The notes under the pieces were generated by a model, which was not told where the DNA came from, ran no database searches, and was given only the letters and a program-made list of their open reading frames with translations. A stretch of DNA of 64,000 bases, taken from IMG/VR virus record IMGVR_UViG_3300025508_002497, positions 1-64,000 of that record; one strand, 5' to 3'. A program made the translations under genes and the position numbers. Positions 11,410 through 20,784 of this stretch are shown piece by piece (the first letter of the stretch is position 1; each line of letters begins with the position of its first letter). The DNA is from a virus.

Positions 11410-12334
11410 ATTCCCCCATATCGACTGTGGGATCGTCGCAATCTATAACTTGAGTAGAGTTGGTTATCTTCCAACTAAAGGGAAAATCTGGACTTCGCCA
11501 ATCAAGTTTCATGTGTTTCCAATGTACATGATAATCACCGAGAAGATTAATGTCTACAACAGAAAAAACTTCGGTCCATTTATTCCATTTAATATTATTT
11601 GCTGATAGATAAGAACAACATAGGACTTGTTCAGGAGATGTGTTAAAATTACAAACACTTAGGCCAAAAATAACTGCCTGTGACTGGTCAACATACATAA
11701 AATTTAGTCGTGAACTAGGAAAAAATGTATACTCTTTAATCATCCAAGTATATGTTTTCATCAGGTTTTCTGTTTTACCACAGAATACATGATCCCCAAT
11801 ATGAAACAAGTATTCAGATATGGGTTTATAAAATATGTTTCCAGTCGGACACGACCAGTCACCTAATTCAAGATGAGCATCAATCAACGGATCAAAATTT
11901 CCAAATCGCTCATCACTTCTTTGCTTAACAGTTATCTCTCCAGTTGCATTTTGCAGACCTAAAAAGGTAGAAATAATCGCATACCAAAAGGTAGTATCCT
12001 CGGGCATAGCCTGATTTGTAGGTGCATATGGTTTTGACTCATCTATCTTTATTGATGTGGGTAACTCCATATCAGTCCACCAATCATGAACCTCGAACTC
12101 GGTGTCTGTTGGATCTATCTTATATTTCATATCAGGAAGGGGACTACGAACAAAAACAACATGGTCGTGTTGCTCAAGCATTTCCAAGTAACCTTTGATT
12201 CGTTCGTCGATTTTATCATCTACCCAATGAGAGATAATGATCTGGTCAAACTTATTGATATGGTCGTCCTCGAAAATGCTACCGAGAGACGTATGACATA
12301 GTGGTCCTTGAATCAGAAGTGTTTTTGTTTTCAT
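11399..12334 (-). CDS. WavE-like polysaccharide synthesis protein (putative glycosyltransferase)
   Basis: LLIQGP...IIISHW...GL...VKQRSDE...DHVFCG...PEQVL pattern. Confidence 0.6.
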   Translation of the reverse strand: MKTKTLLIQGPLCHTSLGSIFEDDHINKFDQIIISHWVDDKIDERIKGYLEMLEQHDHVVFVRSPLPDMKYKIDPTDTEFEVHDWWTDMELPTSIKIDESKPYAPTNQAMPEDTTFWYAIISTFLGLQNATGEITVKQRSDERFGNFDPLIDAHLELGDWSCPTGNIFYKPISEYLFHIGDHVFCGKTENLMKTYTWMIKEYTFFPSSRLNFMYVDQSQAVIFGLSVCNFNTSPEQVLCCSYLSANNIKWNKWTEVFSVVDINLLGDYHVHWKHMKLDWRSPDFPFSWKITNSTQVIDCDDPTVDMGEYGV

Positions 12335-12810
12335 CGTGAAAGGTTCATATAGTATGGTTTAGGTGAGTAGATAAATTCTTTGAATTCTTCGTCTAAGTTG
12401 TCAACGGTAGGCCATGTCTTTTCGATATTTTCAAAACCTGATAGATGAATCTTATCGTCATGCGCCCAGTGTGACCAACCCAACCAGTCATAGTCTTTGT
12501 CTCTGCCGGCGCCGACTAGTTTGACTGGAATCTCGTCTCGCTCTAGGTAATTACGAATGAACTCGAATGGTCTGTATATTGTGAATGGTGTCATAGAATA
12601 AGCGACAGGGATTTTTCCCTGCAAAGCCATACCCACCGACGCACCCACCATTAGTTGTTCTGCGGCACCAACATTGATAAACCTATCGGGATAGGTTAGT
12701 CGGAGTTGATCAAAGTGTTTCCACCCCAGATCACCAACGACCAAAACGATTCTATCGTCTAGAGTCATTTCATCATATAGCAATTGTGTAAATCTTTTAC
12801 GAACGCTCAC
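12331..12810 (-). CDS. Transketolase pyrimidine-binding subunit (split, lacks the C-terminal domain)
   Basis: GDLG...RFINVGAAEQLMVG...G.AL.G..P...R.FEFIR...G.SH; only 159 aa. Confidence 0.88.
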   Translation of the reverse strand: MSVRKRFTQLLYDEMTLDDRIVLVVGDLGWKHFDQLRLTYPDRFINVGAAEQLMVGASVGMALQGKIPVAYSMTPFTIYRPFEFIRNYLERDEIPVKLVGAGRDKDYDWLGWSHWAHDDKIHLSGFENIEKTWPTVDNLDEEFKEFIYSPKPYYMNLSR

Positions 12811-13438
12811 CGTCTATCTCCTTCACTCCAAGTTCATACTGTTCTTTATTGAGTTTCATGTAATGGGCATCGATGCCTTTGAGAAAGGTAAACATTGCAA
12901 CCTTCGTTCGGTGGAACTTGATTGAAGGCAAAAATGCTTTGCATCTTCTCTCCAGATAATCGACATCAACAGGATCATAGCAAGCGTATCCATTCGCATT
13001 TACATGAACCTCGATGTTCTTGATGTTCTTTTCTTCGATGAGTCTAAGTGCCTCCCAAACCGAACCCTCTGCACATTCACCATCAGTGACAGTCACATAG
13101 AAGTTCTTCTCCGGACTTGCAAGTGCCATTCCAACCGCAACAGTGATCCCCTGACCCAAACTACCAGTCGAGCAGAAGATTCCGTTTTCTGGATCTAGGT
13201 TCGGATGACCTGCGTGCTTTTCGACAAGCATGTCTGCATCCACACCGAGATACTTTTCTAGGATTGCGTACAGTGCGTAACCTGCATGACCGTTTGATAG
13301 AATGAACACATCATCATCTCTTTTACGAGAGTAGATATCATCGATAATATCAATGCATGAGAAGCAACTACCAACATGCTCTTCTTCGTGATCGTACAGA
13401 AGTTTCAATAGTCTCTTGTGTAGGTTCTTGTCAATCAT
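12797..13438 (-). CDS. Transketolase ThDP-binding N-terminal subunit (split)
   Basis: HVGSCFS, FILSNGHA, STGSLGQG, TDGECAEGSVWEA...N (GDG-like ThDP motif). Confidence 0.9.
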   Translation of the reverse strand: MIDKNLHKRLLKLLYDHEEEHVGSCFSCIDIIDDIYSRKRDDDVFILSNGHAGYALYAILEKYLGVDADMLVEKHAGHPNLDPENGIFCSTGSLGQGITVAVGMALASPEKNFYVTVTDGECAEGSVWEALRLIEEKNIKNIEVHVNANGYACYDPVDVDYLERRCKAFLPSIKFHRTKVAMFTFLKGIDAHYMKLNKEQYELGVKEIDGERS

Positions 13439-14595
13439 CCGTAAATCGTCTTTCTCATTCTAGTCATGTGTCGTCCGCCATCGAACGAGTTGTTTTTCAG
13501 TTGGATGATAATCTTCTCAAGCATCTCACTGGAAACATACTTCTCTGGAATGCTGAAGAAGTTAGCACAATTGTGTCTTCGTGCCATTTCTGCCATGTAC
13601 TCGTCCAATAGCAACGCACCTCGAACACCATCGGAGTGGTTAGCGGCTAGATTGACACCTTGTCCTGTTCGACAGAATCCCATCGCAAAATCGCACACGT
13701 TTGTTTGAATCGCATTTGTTGCCTGTGAAACAAAGTCGTTGTAGTCCGAGTCTTTCGATACCACAGGACCAAAGTCAATATATGGGATATTGTGCTTATC
13801 CAAGATACGCTTGGTCTTTTCCTTTGTCTTGAATCCCGAGTGATCACCACAGAGTGCGATGGGTTTTTCACCAAACTCGTAACATACATTATCAACGAAA
13901 AACTCTAGTTCTTGTGGGGTTCCAAGTACATGCATCTTTTCCACTTGCTTGATCGTTACAGTCATACCGTCTCGGATCATGTAGTTGTACATCGGACAGA
14001 TGTAAAACTCGTCTTTTGTTCTTTCATTCTTGTTGACCATTTCTTCGGCATAATCGACAAACATGCGACCGCTCTTGTAGTAGTAAAGACCCACTGCTGC
14101 ATTCGCACTGATGACCGACTTTTCTGCTGTCCTCGTTGCAATACCATCCTTGTCCAGTTCGACGTAACTGTGAGCAGGACTGTTTGCCTTGAAGGTAAGA
14201 AGGAACCCATCACTGTCCTCGGGAATACTATCGGGATCGAATGTATTCTGGAAGTACACATCTGGGGTGTAGATGATAAGAGGCATATCGTTGTTGATCT
14301 GCTCTTTTGCAATCAGACATGTGGATACAGATCCATCGGTATCGTGATCTACCACTACGATTTGGATATCGTCTCCAAACTTTTCTCGCAGGATCTCATC
14401 GATTGCATGGTTGTTGATATGATCAAGACGAACAGCAAAAATCAGATTACAATCTGTAGTGTCAACTGATTCGAGTGACCAGTCAATAATTTGCTTTGTC
14501 TTTGCCATGATGAGAGGTTTAGGCATAGAGTAACCTTCATCAGCGAATCTTTGTGCCTTACCCGCGACTGGGATGAGCATGTTGTACTTTTTCAT
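13435..14595 (-). CDS. Sugar nucleotidyltransferase (BcbE-like) fused to a C-terminal RpiB/LacAB sugar-phosphate isomerase
   Basis: N-terminal IPVAGKAQRF...PKPLI, EKSVIS, EFYICPMYN, LGTPQEL; C-terminal DHSG, DY, CRTGQG, AAN, ARRHN.AN, F.GGRH..R (RpiB signature). Confidence 0.88.
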   Translation of the reverse strand: MKKYNMLIPVAGKAQRFADEGYSMPKPLIMAKTKQIIDWSLESVDTTDCNLIFAVRLDHINNHAIDEILREKFGDDIQIVVVDHDTDGSVSTCLIAKEQINNDMPLIIYTPDVYFQNTFDPDSIPEDSDGFLLTFKANSPAHSYVELDKDGIATRTAEKSVISANAAVGLYYYKSGRMFVDYAEEMVNKNERTKDEFYICPMYNYMIRDGMTVTIKQVEKMHVLGTPQELEFFVDNVCYEFGEKPIALCGDHSGFKTKEKTKRILDKHNIPYIDFGPVVSKDSDYNDFVSQATNAIQTNVCDFAMGFCRTGQGVNLAANHSDGVRGALLLDEYMAEMARRHNCANFFSIPEKYVSSEMLEKIIIQLKNNSFDGGRHMTRMRKTIYG

Positions 14596-15280
14596 GATGT
14601 CTCCTGATTAATTCACTAGTTGTTTTTTCTGATGTAAAAAGTGCGGCCTTCTGAAGTGAAGTATTATGATATTGTTTTAAGAAACAAACAGCAAAAATAT
14701 CACCTGCTCCATTGACACTTAAGTAATCTACGGGTTTTGTGTGACCTTCATATTTAATACTTCCTTCAACGACTACCTCACACCCATATTTATCATGGAA
14801 AACTAAAGGTGTCTTTGTCTTGATGTCTGCATAGAGATGTTTTCTTTCTCTTGAGTCAAACACTATTTCTGATGCGTCGATAACATCCTTAAACTGTTCA
14901 CGCGGTCTTGTCGTACAGAAGTCCAAACTCATTTTAGGTTGTATGTTTAGTAACCTTTCGATGTTTTCCATATCATCGACATACATCACATGAACCCAAT
15001 CAGAATTTTCTACGCCCCGTAACGACCTCTTGAGACAAGGAACTTCATCCCATGTAATAGAAGATCTCACACCCTCTTCCTTTTCCTCAAGAATGATCGC
15101 TCTCTTCTCTCCATCGGGCAAAAGATAGATTTCTAGATCTTTAATTTTGAGGTTATTTACATTATACATCCCACCATATTGCTGACCTAAAAACCTCGCG
15201 GCATTCGTTTCGTTCTTTACGAAACGTGATATTTGATAAATTGTATCCAAGTATCTTTTTCCTATTAGAGTGAGTTTCAT
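14558..15280 (-). CDS. PfkB/ribokinase-family sugar kinase (divergent)
   Basis: C-terminal VNGAGDIFA anion-hole motif; N-terminal IG..YLD and GGMYN. Start likely MKLTLIG at 15280 (TGATG overlap). Confidence 0.75.
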   Translation of the reverse strand: MKLTLIGKRYLDTIYQISRFVKNETNAARFLGQQYGGMYNVNNLKIKDLEIYLLPDGEKRAIILEEKEEGVRSSITWDEVPCLKRSLRGVENSDWVHVMYVDDMENIERLLNIQPKMSLDFCTTRPREQFKDVIDASEIVFDSRERKHLYADIKTKTPLVFHDKYGCEVVVEGSIKYEGHTKPVDYLSVNGAGDIFAVCFLKQYHNTSLQKAALFTSEKTTSELIRRHHEKVQHAHPSRG

Positions 15281-15816
15281 CAGAAGACCTCTTGCTTGTC
15301 TAGATTTTCGATGTCCTCCATTGTACAATCATCGATAAGTCTTTTGTCTAGAAGAATATAAAAAAGTTCTGCTACCACATTGTTTCCACCTACAGACTGC
15401 ATAAAGTTACCCTTCGAGTTACAGTGTTGGATTAGTTCCCTACTAGAGTCCGAAGGACAGTATGGGTGACTAACTGCTTCCATAATTGTTAGATCAAACA
15501 AGTCATCTCCAACATAAACCATGTTCTCTGGTTTCGTTTGAAATTGTTCACATAGTTCTGGAATGAACTCTGCCTTGTCTTTTCCTCTTGCAGAATAGAA
15601 AGGAATGTTTCTTTTTTCTGCCATTGCTTTGTTTACGTTCTCGTCACCAGACACAAAACAAACCGAGACTCCTGCTCCTCGCATTCTCTTAATTGCAGTA
15701 AAGTCTTTATCGCAATACGTCTTTGCAAATGGAACACCATCTATGCCATAGTATTTTCTGCCATCAGTCATTACACCATCGATGTCTAGAATAACTAGTT
15801 CTACTTTTTCTTTCAC
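15280..15816 (-). CDS. KdsC/YrbI-like HAD phosphatase
   Basis: DIDGVMTDG, VSG, K, YVGDDLFD, GGNNVV.E motifs. Confidence 0.88.
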   Translation of the reverse strand: MKEKVELVILDIDGVMTDGRKYYGIDGVPFAKTYCDKDFTAIKRMRGAGVSVCFVSGDENVNKAMAEKRNIPFYSARGKDKAEFIPELCEQFQTKPENMVYVGDDLFDLTIMEAVSHPYCPSDSSRELIQHCNSKGNFMQSVGGNNVVAELFYILLDKRLIDDCTMEDIENLDKQEVF

Positions 15817-16544
15817 TAAACTTCTCCTCTAATAGATGGATCTATTTTATATTCGTTAAATAAGATGTCAAGTTCTTTTTTGTATTCGGATGTGTTCCAC
15901 TTACCTCTGACTATTGCCGTCGCAATAAAAGGATAAATCCAACTATCGAAGTGATGTTGTCCCCTTTTAGGCTCACCTTCATAGATAAACCCACCAAATA
16001 AATTCATTTCCCTTGCATGTCTTTGTACAAGTGGTTCAAAATGATGAGCAGTTTTGTTTTTACAATTTTGTTTAGATCTTTCAAATAGTTCTTTTAGTTT
16101 TTTAGTTTTCCATATTGATGGTTGATATGCAAAAAGATATTCTGAGTCCAAAGGCACTCTATACATACCATCAATCCATAAAGGCAGATTAAGGGAATCA
16201 ATTCCCTTCATTAGTTTTACAAAATCAAGAGATGTTTTTTTTACTTCTTCATTTATTTGTTTTAACTTTTCTATATTAGGTTTATCATATAGAGGAAAGT
16301 CTTCTAAATTTATCATACACGTTTCGCTATCAACCTGTTCCAAACAGTGACAGACTTTTTCTGGATATGTCCATGAGTCGTCATAACATATTACATCCCA
16401 ACCATCTCTACTCCAATCAGTTGTATTTGTAAAAACAACCTTACGTTCAACATTAAGATACTTCTCGGTTTGTGAAGTAAACATTTCCCAAAGATCAGAA
16501 CAAGATGTGTGTGAGTACATAATAAAAGTAGTGTTAATCATCAT
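15816..16544 (-). CDS. Hypothetical protein, putative glycosyltransferase
   Basis: SHTSCSDLW...INLEDF...QPSIWK...AIVRGKW; island context. Confidence 0.45.
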   Translation of the reverse strand: MMINTTFIMYSHTSCSDLWEMFTSQTEKYLNVERKVVFTNTTDWSRDGWDVICYDDSWTYPEKVCHCLEQVDSETCMINLEDFPLYDKPNIEKLKQINEEVKKTSLDFVKLMKGIDSLNLPLWIDGMYRVPLDSEYLFAYQPSIWKTKKLKELFERSKQNCKNKTAHHFEPLVQRHAREMNLFGGFIYEGEPKRGQHHFDSWIYPFIATAIVRGKWNTSEYKKELDILFNEYKIDPSIRGEV

Positions 16545-16545
16545 A

Positions 16546-17346
16546 TCACCATTCTGCTATATCGACGAATCTAGATTTCTCATAAAGTCCAGTTTGTTTG
16601 AAGTGCCACTTGTATAATTTGTGATTGTCTATACATGCCCATCTCGGGTATGTCATCAATTTAGTTTGATTTGTATTTTCCTCAAACATTTGATTAGAAA
16701 ATTCGTCGGATGTATCACTATCAAACCAACCACTTTCAGTAACACTTTTTACATATTCACTAGTTGGTTGGTAATATTCAAACATACGATCGTATATACT
16801 TCCAACTGTTCTCATGTTCTCAACACCAGAATAAAACCAGTGATCAGCATAACCATGATTTAATTGATTCCAGTATGCACTGTATAAATATTCAGGGTTG
16901 TATTCCTCTGAAAAATTAAAGTTAGTTGCAAAGTAAGGACCAGCGGGTATGTGTTCTTTTCCTCTTTGTCCTAAATCAAATCTTGCAACCACTACTCTAT
17001 CATAATCATCTGGAACTAAATTGATAGAAGCCTTTCTCGAAAAATGAAAACTAAGACCTCTGAATAAAGTATTCCCTACAGGAGAGGTTCCGAAAAAAGA
17101 AGAATCAAACAACTTCTGTTCTTCGATGAACTCATTTTGTTTTTCTATAATAATTTGAACAGGGTTATATAACTCCTTAATAATCTCAGAGTTATCTACA
17201 TCCCAAGTATGAATAAAAACATCTGTATTGTTATCAATAATTTTTTCATGTATATACTCACTAGCGTTAAATGCGACTTCACTCCCCCCCGAACGTGAAA
17301 GGGCCTTCCCGTCAAAATAACCATGTAAACACAGTGCTGTTTTCAT
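16546..17346 (-). CDS. Hypothetical protein, putative glycosyltransferase
   Basis: ALCLHG...DVFIHTWD...YDRVVVARFDL...ADHWFY, a pattern common in phage and bacterial glycan loci. Confidence 0.5.
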   Translation of the reverse strand: MKTALCLHGYFDGKALSRSGGSEVAFNASEYIHEKIIDNNTDVFIHTWDVDNSEIIKELYNPVQIIIEKQNEFIEEQKLFDSSFFGTSPVGNTLFRGLSFHFSRKASINLVPDDYDRVVVARFDLGQRGKEHIPAGPYFATNFNFSEEYNPEYLYSAYWNQLNHGYADHWFYSGVENMRTVGSIYDRMFEYYQPTSEYVKSVTESGWFDSDTSDEFSNQMFEENTNQTKLMTYPRWACIDNHKLYKWHFKQTGLYEKSRFVDIAEW

Positions 17347-17945
17347 TTATTTTTAAATACCGTAAACTCTCGCAAGTCTCGGTATCCTCCTTCTTCAATA
17401 AGATCTGGTACGTTCTCTGGGTAGTTCTGCATCAGTGCAAGACCATGCGATGCCTGTTGTGGAGTCATGTACATGTTCCACCCGAGCATCGTAATATCGT
17501 CTTCCTTATATGGTACTGCGTGTCGGCCTTCGTATCGTGCAACACGAAGCCATTCAACAATATCTTTGTTGTCGGTTAGAACCATACCACCCTTACCAAT
17601 TGCAAGGTGCTTCTTGATATGAAAAGACAGACACATGTTTGTACCTTCAATATACATGTTAGAAGTAAATCGTTTAGCAGAATCGTAAATTGGATATGGT
17701 TTGAGTTGGTAGATACCCTCCCACTCATCATCGGTAAACTTTACATCACCACCCGAATGAATGATAGACTGAGGTACTGAGAGATAAGTCTTTGCGGGTA
17801 TCTCAACCTCATCAACATCAAAATACTTACAACAAAGAAACAGAGCATCGGTACATGATGTAACCGCAACGGCATACGGCGCACCTGTGTAATCAGCAAC
17901 TGTCTCTTCAAACATCTCTACAATTTTAAAAGGGTTATGTTTCAT
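17343..17945 (-). CDS. DegT/DnrJ/EryC1/StrS sugar aminotransferase (short form, ~200 aa)
   Basis: AVAVTSCTDAL, DSA, LSFHIKKHL..GKGGM (PLP lysine), GWNMYM. Start likely MKHNPF (ATGA overlap). Confidence 0.85.
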   Translation of the reverse strand: MKHNPFKIVEMFEETVADYTGAPYAVAVTSCTDALFLCCKYFDVDEVEIPAKTYLSVPQSIIHSGGDVKFTDDEWEGIYQLKPYPIYDSAKRFTSNMYIEGTNMCLSFHIKKHLAIGKGGMVLTDNKDIVEWLRVARYEGRHAVPYKEDDITMLGWNMYMTPQQASHGLALMQNYPENVPDLIEEGGYRDLREFTVFKNK

Positions 17946-18325
17946 CTTTCCATTAACCAATACTTAATTTTAAATCCGCAACTTTCAAATAGTTTTCTAC
18001 TTGCTTCGTTTTCAATTTTCACTTTAGCAAAAGAATCTGGGAATCTTTCCATCAATTCTGTTATTAGAACTTTTCCTACACCTTTACCCTGATAATCAGG
18101 ATGTACACACACGCGAATGTCATTATCTAAAGACCCCGCAAACCCAGCAGGTTCATTATTGTACAAGGCGACAATGTATTTGGAACGATGCTTCCGCATG
18201 TATTTATCCTGTTGATTTTTGGTTATGTTCACGACTTCTATGAATCCATCTTGGACTCTCGGATCACTACGAAGTAATCGTATGAAATCATAATACTTAG
18301 GATCATTGTTAACTACTTTCACCAT
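17942..18325 (-). CDS. GNAT N-acetyltransferase
   Basis: VHPDYQGKGVG acetyl-CoA motif; NEASRKLFESCGF. Confidence 0.88.
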   Translation of the reverse strand: MVKVVNNDPKYYDFIRLLRSDPRVQDGFIEVVNITKNQQDKYMRKHRSKYIVALYNNEPAGFAGSLDNDIRVCVHPDYQGKGVGKVLITELMERFPDSFAKVKIENEASRKLFESCGFKIKYWLMER

Positions 18326-19110
18326 GTCTCACCACTTACTATGTCCTGTGATGTGTCGAGATAACCTCTCCATAATTCTTTATTCCAAGCACACAGATAT
18401 CCTCTGTCGCAAGATAGTTTAAAATCTGGATTTAGCGAAGACCCCACATCAATGTAAGTATTATTTGGTGCGACCTCATGTAGTTTATGAATACACATAT
18501 TACCAAGACTACTGGCAGCAAACAAAAACAAATGACCTTCAGGTTTCGTTTCCCTAACCCACTCTACCATCTCTTCAACTTTGTCTAAATCATTTACAAT
18601 ACAATTTGATCCAACCCTGAAGTCTTTTACAACAGAATCAAAAAGAGAATCATCTAGACTACACTTTTCATTACACAGAGTAACCATTTTATAACCTTTA
18701 TATAAAGGTAACATTTCTTCTCGGTAACGTGTGTAGTTTGAGTTGATCAAAACATTAGCGAATGTAACATTGTCCAGACCAGAACCGCTCTCTTCAATCA
18801 TCCAGTCCCTTGTAGAGAATCCTCCATGATTTTCTGGTGGCATATCACCGTTGGTTATGATACCAATGTAATAATTTTCTGAACCATATCGAAGTGCATC
18901 CCATAACTTTTCAGTAACAATCTTATCTCTTTCAGCGTGAAAGTTCTTTTGATCTTCTTCATTCACATATCCATGTGAAGTGGGACTAAGAGAATATGAC
19001 TTACCTTGAAGGATCCATAGTTCACCATCCGCCCACCTAGAGAAAGCAAAAGGCTCTTTAGTCTTTACACGATTTAGTATTTTATAGAACTCATCCTGAA
19101 AACTTTTCAT
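18319..19110 (-). CDS. GT-D fold (DUF1792-like) glycosyltransferase
   Basis: FSRWADGE near the N-terminus; LFAAS.LG and IDVGS near the C-terminus. Confidence 0.65.
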   Translation of the reverse strand: MKSFQDEFYKILNRVKTKEPFAFSRWADGELWILQGKSYSLSPTSHGYVNEEDQKNFHAERDKIVTEKLWDALRYGSENYYIGIITNGDMPPENHGGFSTRDWMIEESGSGLDNVTFANVLINSNYTRYREEMLPLYKGYKMVTLCNEKCSLDDSLFDSVVKDFRVGSNCIVNDLDKVEEMVEWVRETKPEGHLFLFAASSLGNMCIHKLHEVAPNNTYIDVGSSLNPDFKLSCDRGYLCAWNKELWRGYLDTSQDIVSGETW

Positions 19111-20062
19111 TTAGTATTCCTAAAATTTTCTCGGCGGACTTACCATCCCCAAAGGGACAAGGTTTATTTATTGTAACATCTTTTGTAATCATGTCAACTA
19201 GATTAGAAAGATTTTCTGGCTTCTCACAAAGAACACCATGATGTTCCAATACCTCTGGTCGTTCTGTTGTCTCTCGGCAGATAATAATTTTCTTATTGAA
19301 AAACGACCCTTCTTCTTGTAGTCCCCCACTATCTGTAATCAGAAACTTACAGTTTGCAATTCGCTCAACCATCTTGTCATGAGACAAAGGATCAATCACA
19401 TTTACATTCTTCAGTTTATCTACGGCAGTCATAACAACAGGATTGGGATGTCGAATCACTGTGACGTTTTCATCTAGACTGTCCAGTTCTCTCATCCAAT
19501 CGTCAATGATGTGGTGGTTCTCTCGACGATGAATGGTCACAAGAACTTCGTCACCATAAGACGATTTAACATCAACTAGGTTATCTAGAACAGTATTTCC
19601 CACGACATGAATCTCACCACCGACAGAATCACGAAACAAATGAGTCTTTGCAATCTTAGTAGGACAGAGATGAATATCAGTAATGCGAGAGAGCATCTGT
19701 CGGTATCCCTCTTCGGGGTATGGATGTTCAAGATCGTAAGTTCGCAGTCCCGCTTCCAAATGAATCACGGGAACCTTGTGGTTGAAGGCAGACAGACCAA
19801 CTGCAAGACAAGTCGCAGTATCACCCTGTACCAGAACGGCACTCACTCCATTGAAGTCCATGTTATTCATTACAGAAGAGAAGATCGAATCTAGACGATT
19901 GGTTCCTTCAGTGATCTTCAACTTATCATGAAACCAACCACCAGAAATATCTGCGTGTTGTCCAGTGAACAAGACTCGGTAGGGAATCTTACCCTCGAAG
20001 GCTTTGATCAGAGGTTTAATTTTTATCCACTCGGGTCGAGTACCATAGCATAGTAAAATCAT
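19091..20062 (-). CDS. wecB: UDP-N-acetylglucosamine 2-epimerase (non-hydrolysing)
   Basis: GTRPE, TGQH, QGDT, HLEAGLRT, PYPEE, HRREN, TDSGGLQEE, TERPE, PFGDG motifs. Confidence 0.93.
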   Translation of the reverse strand: MILLCYGTRPEWIKIKPLIKAFEGKIPYRVLFTGQHADISGGWFHDKLKITEGTNRLDSIFSSVMNNMDFNGVSAVLVQGDTATCLAVGLSAFNHKVPVIHLEAGLRTYDLEHPYPEEGYRQMLSRITDIHLCPTKIAKTHLFRDSVGGEIHVVGNTVLDNLVDVKSSYGDEVLVTIHRRENHHIIDDWMRELDSLDENVTVIRHPNPVVMTAVDKLKNVNVIDPLSHDKMVERIANCKFLITDSGGLQEEGSFFNKKIIICRETTERPEVLEHHGVLCEKPENLSNLVDMITKDVTINKPCPFGDGKSAEKILGILNEKFSG

Positions 20063-20784
20063 TTGATTAATTTAAATCCTTCTGACACACATCTCTTCAA
20101 ATACTCACCCATCATCGGGACAGCAAAGTTAGCAGTGGCATTTGCATCTCCACCATATTGAACTGCCTTTAGACTACCCCACAACCTTCTGTCTTCAGGA
20201 GGATGTGGAGGAACCCAAGTACCCATGTCTGTGTATTTCTGAATCATATGAGAGAAGTGAATATCTTCGCCCACTAAGAACGATTCATCAACCGATGGTA
20301 GTTCTCTCCAGAATACGGAGAGTAGATCTCTATGGAAGAACCAATTATGTCCTACGATATCAACCTTCTTTACTTCTGTATTATTATTATCCCAACCAAA
20401 CCTATTCTCACCCAACACACCATAAGTATCGTTTTCAAATATCAATCCAATAGTTCCTAACAAGCCAGGATGAGTTTCATAAGTGTTAACACAGTTTTCA
20501 ATCCACCTATCGCCTGGAATAGTATCATCATCTATAACACAAACGTAGTCAGTCTTAGCATTAAGAGCATAGGCGAATCTCGCCCAAACCCCATAGTTCT
20601 TAGTCGAAACTGCAATATCATGTCCCCCATCAACCAGAGAAGATAAGTCATATCTAAGTTGACTAGTATTCTGCCAATACATGATAGTATCGACTTTGTG
20701 TGTTTGATTCTCTACCGCTTCGACTTGTTCTCTAAGAGTATGGTTTCTCTTATAACCATTCAATATAACACTAACTGTTTTCAT
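20059..20784 (-). CDS. GT2-family (GT-A) glycosyltransferase
   Basis: VSVILNGYKR, IDDD (DxD), GEDIHFS motifs. Confidence 0.75.
   Translation of the reverse strand: MKTVSVILNGYKRNHTLREQVEAVENQTHKVDTIMYWQNTSQLRYDLSSLVDGGHDIAVSTKNYGVWARFAYALNAKTDYVCVIDDDTIPGDRWIENCVNTYETHPGLLGTIGLIFENDTYGVLGENRFGWDNNNTEVKKVDIVGHNWFFHRDLLSVFWRELPSVDESFLVGEDIHFSHMIQKYTDMGTWVPPHPPEDRRLWGSLKAVQYGGDANATANFAVPMMGEYLKRCVSEGFKLIK

Noticed and set aside
12331-14595. Transketolase and RpiB as pentose-phosphate auxiliary metabolic genes
   Set aside because: The split, truncated form, the fusion to a nucleotidyltransferase and the glycan-island context favour sugar-donor synthesis. Not formally excluded.
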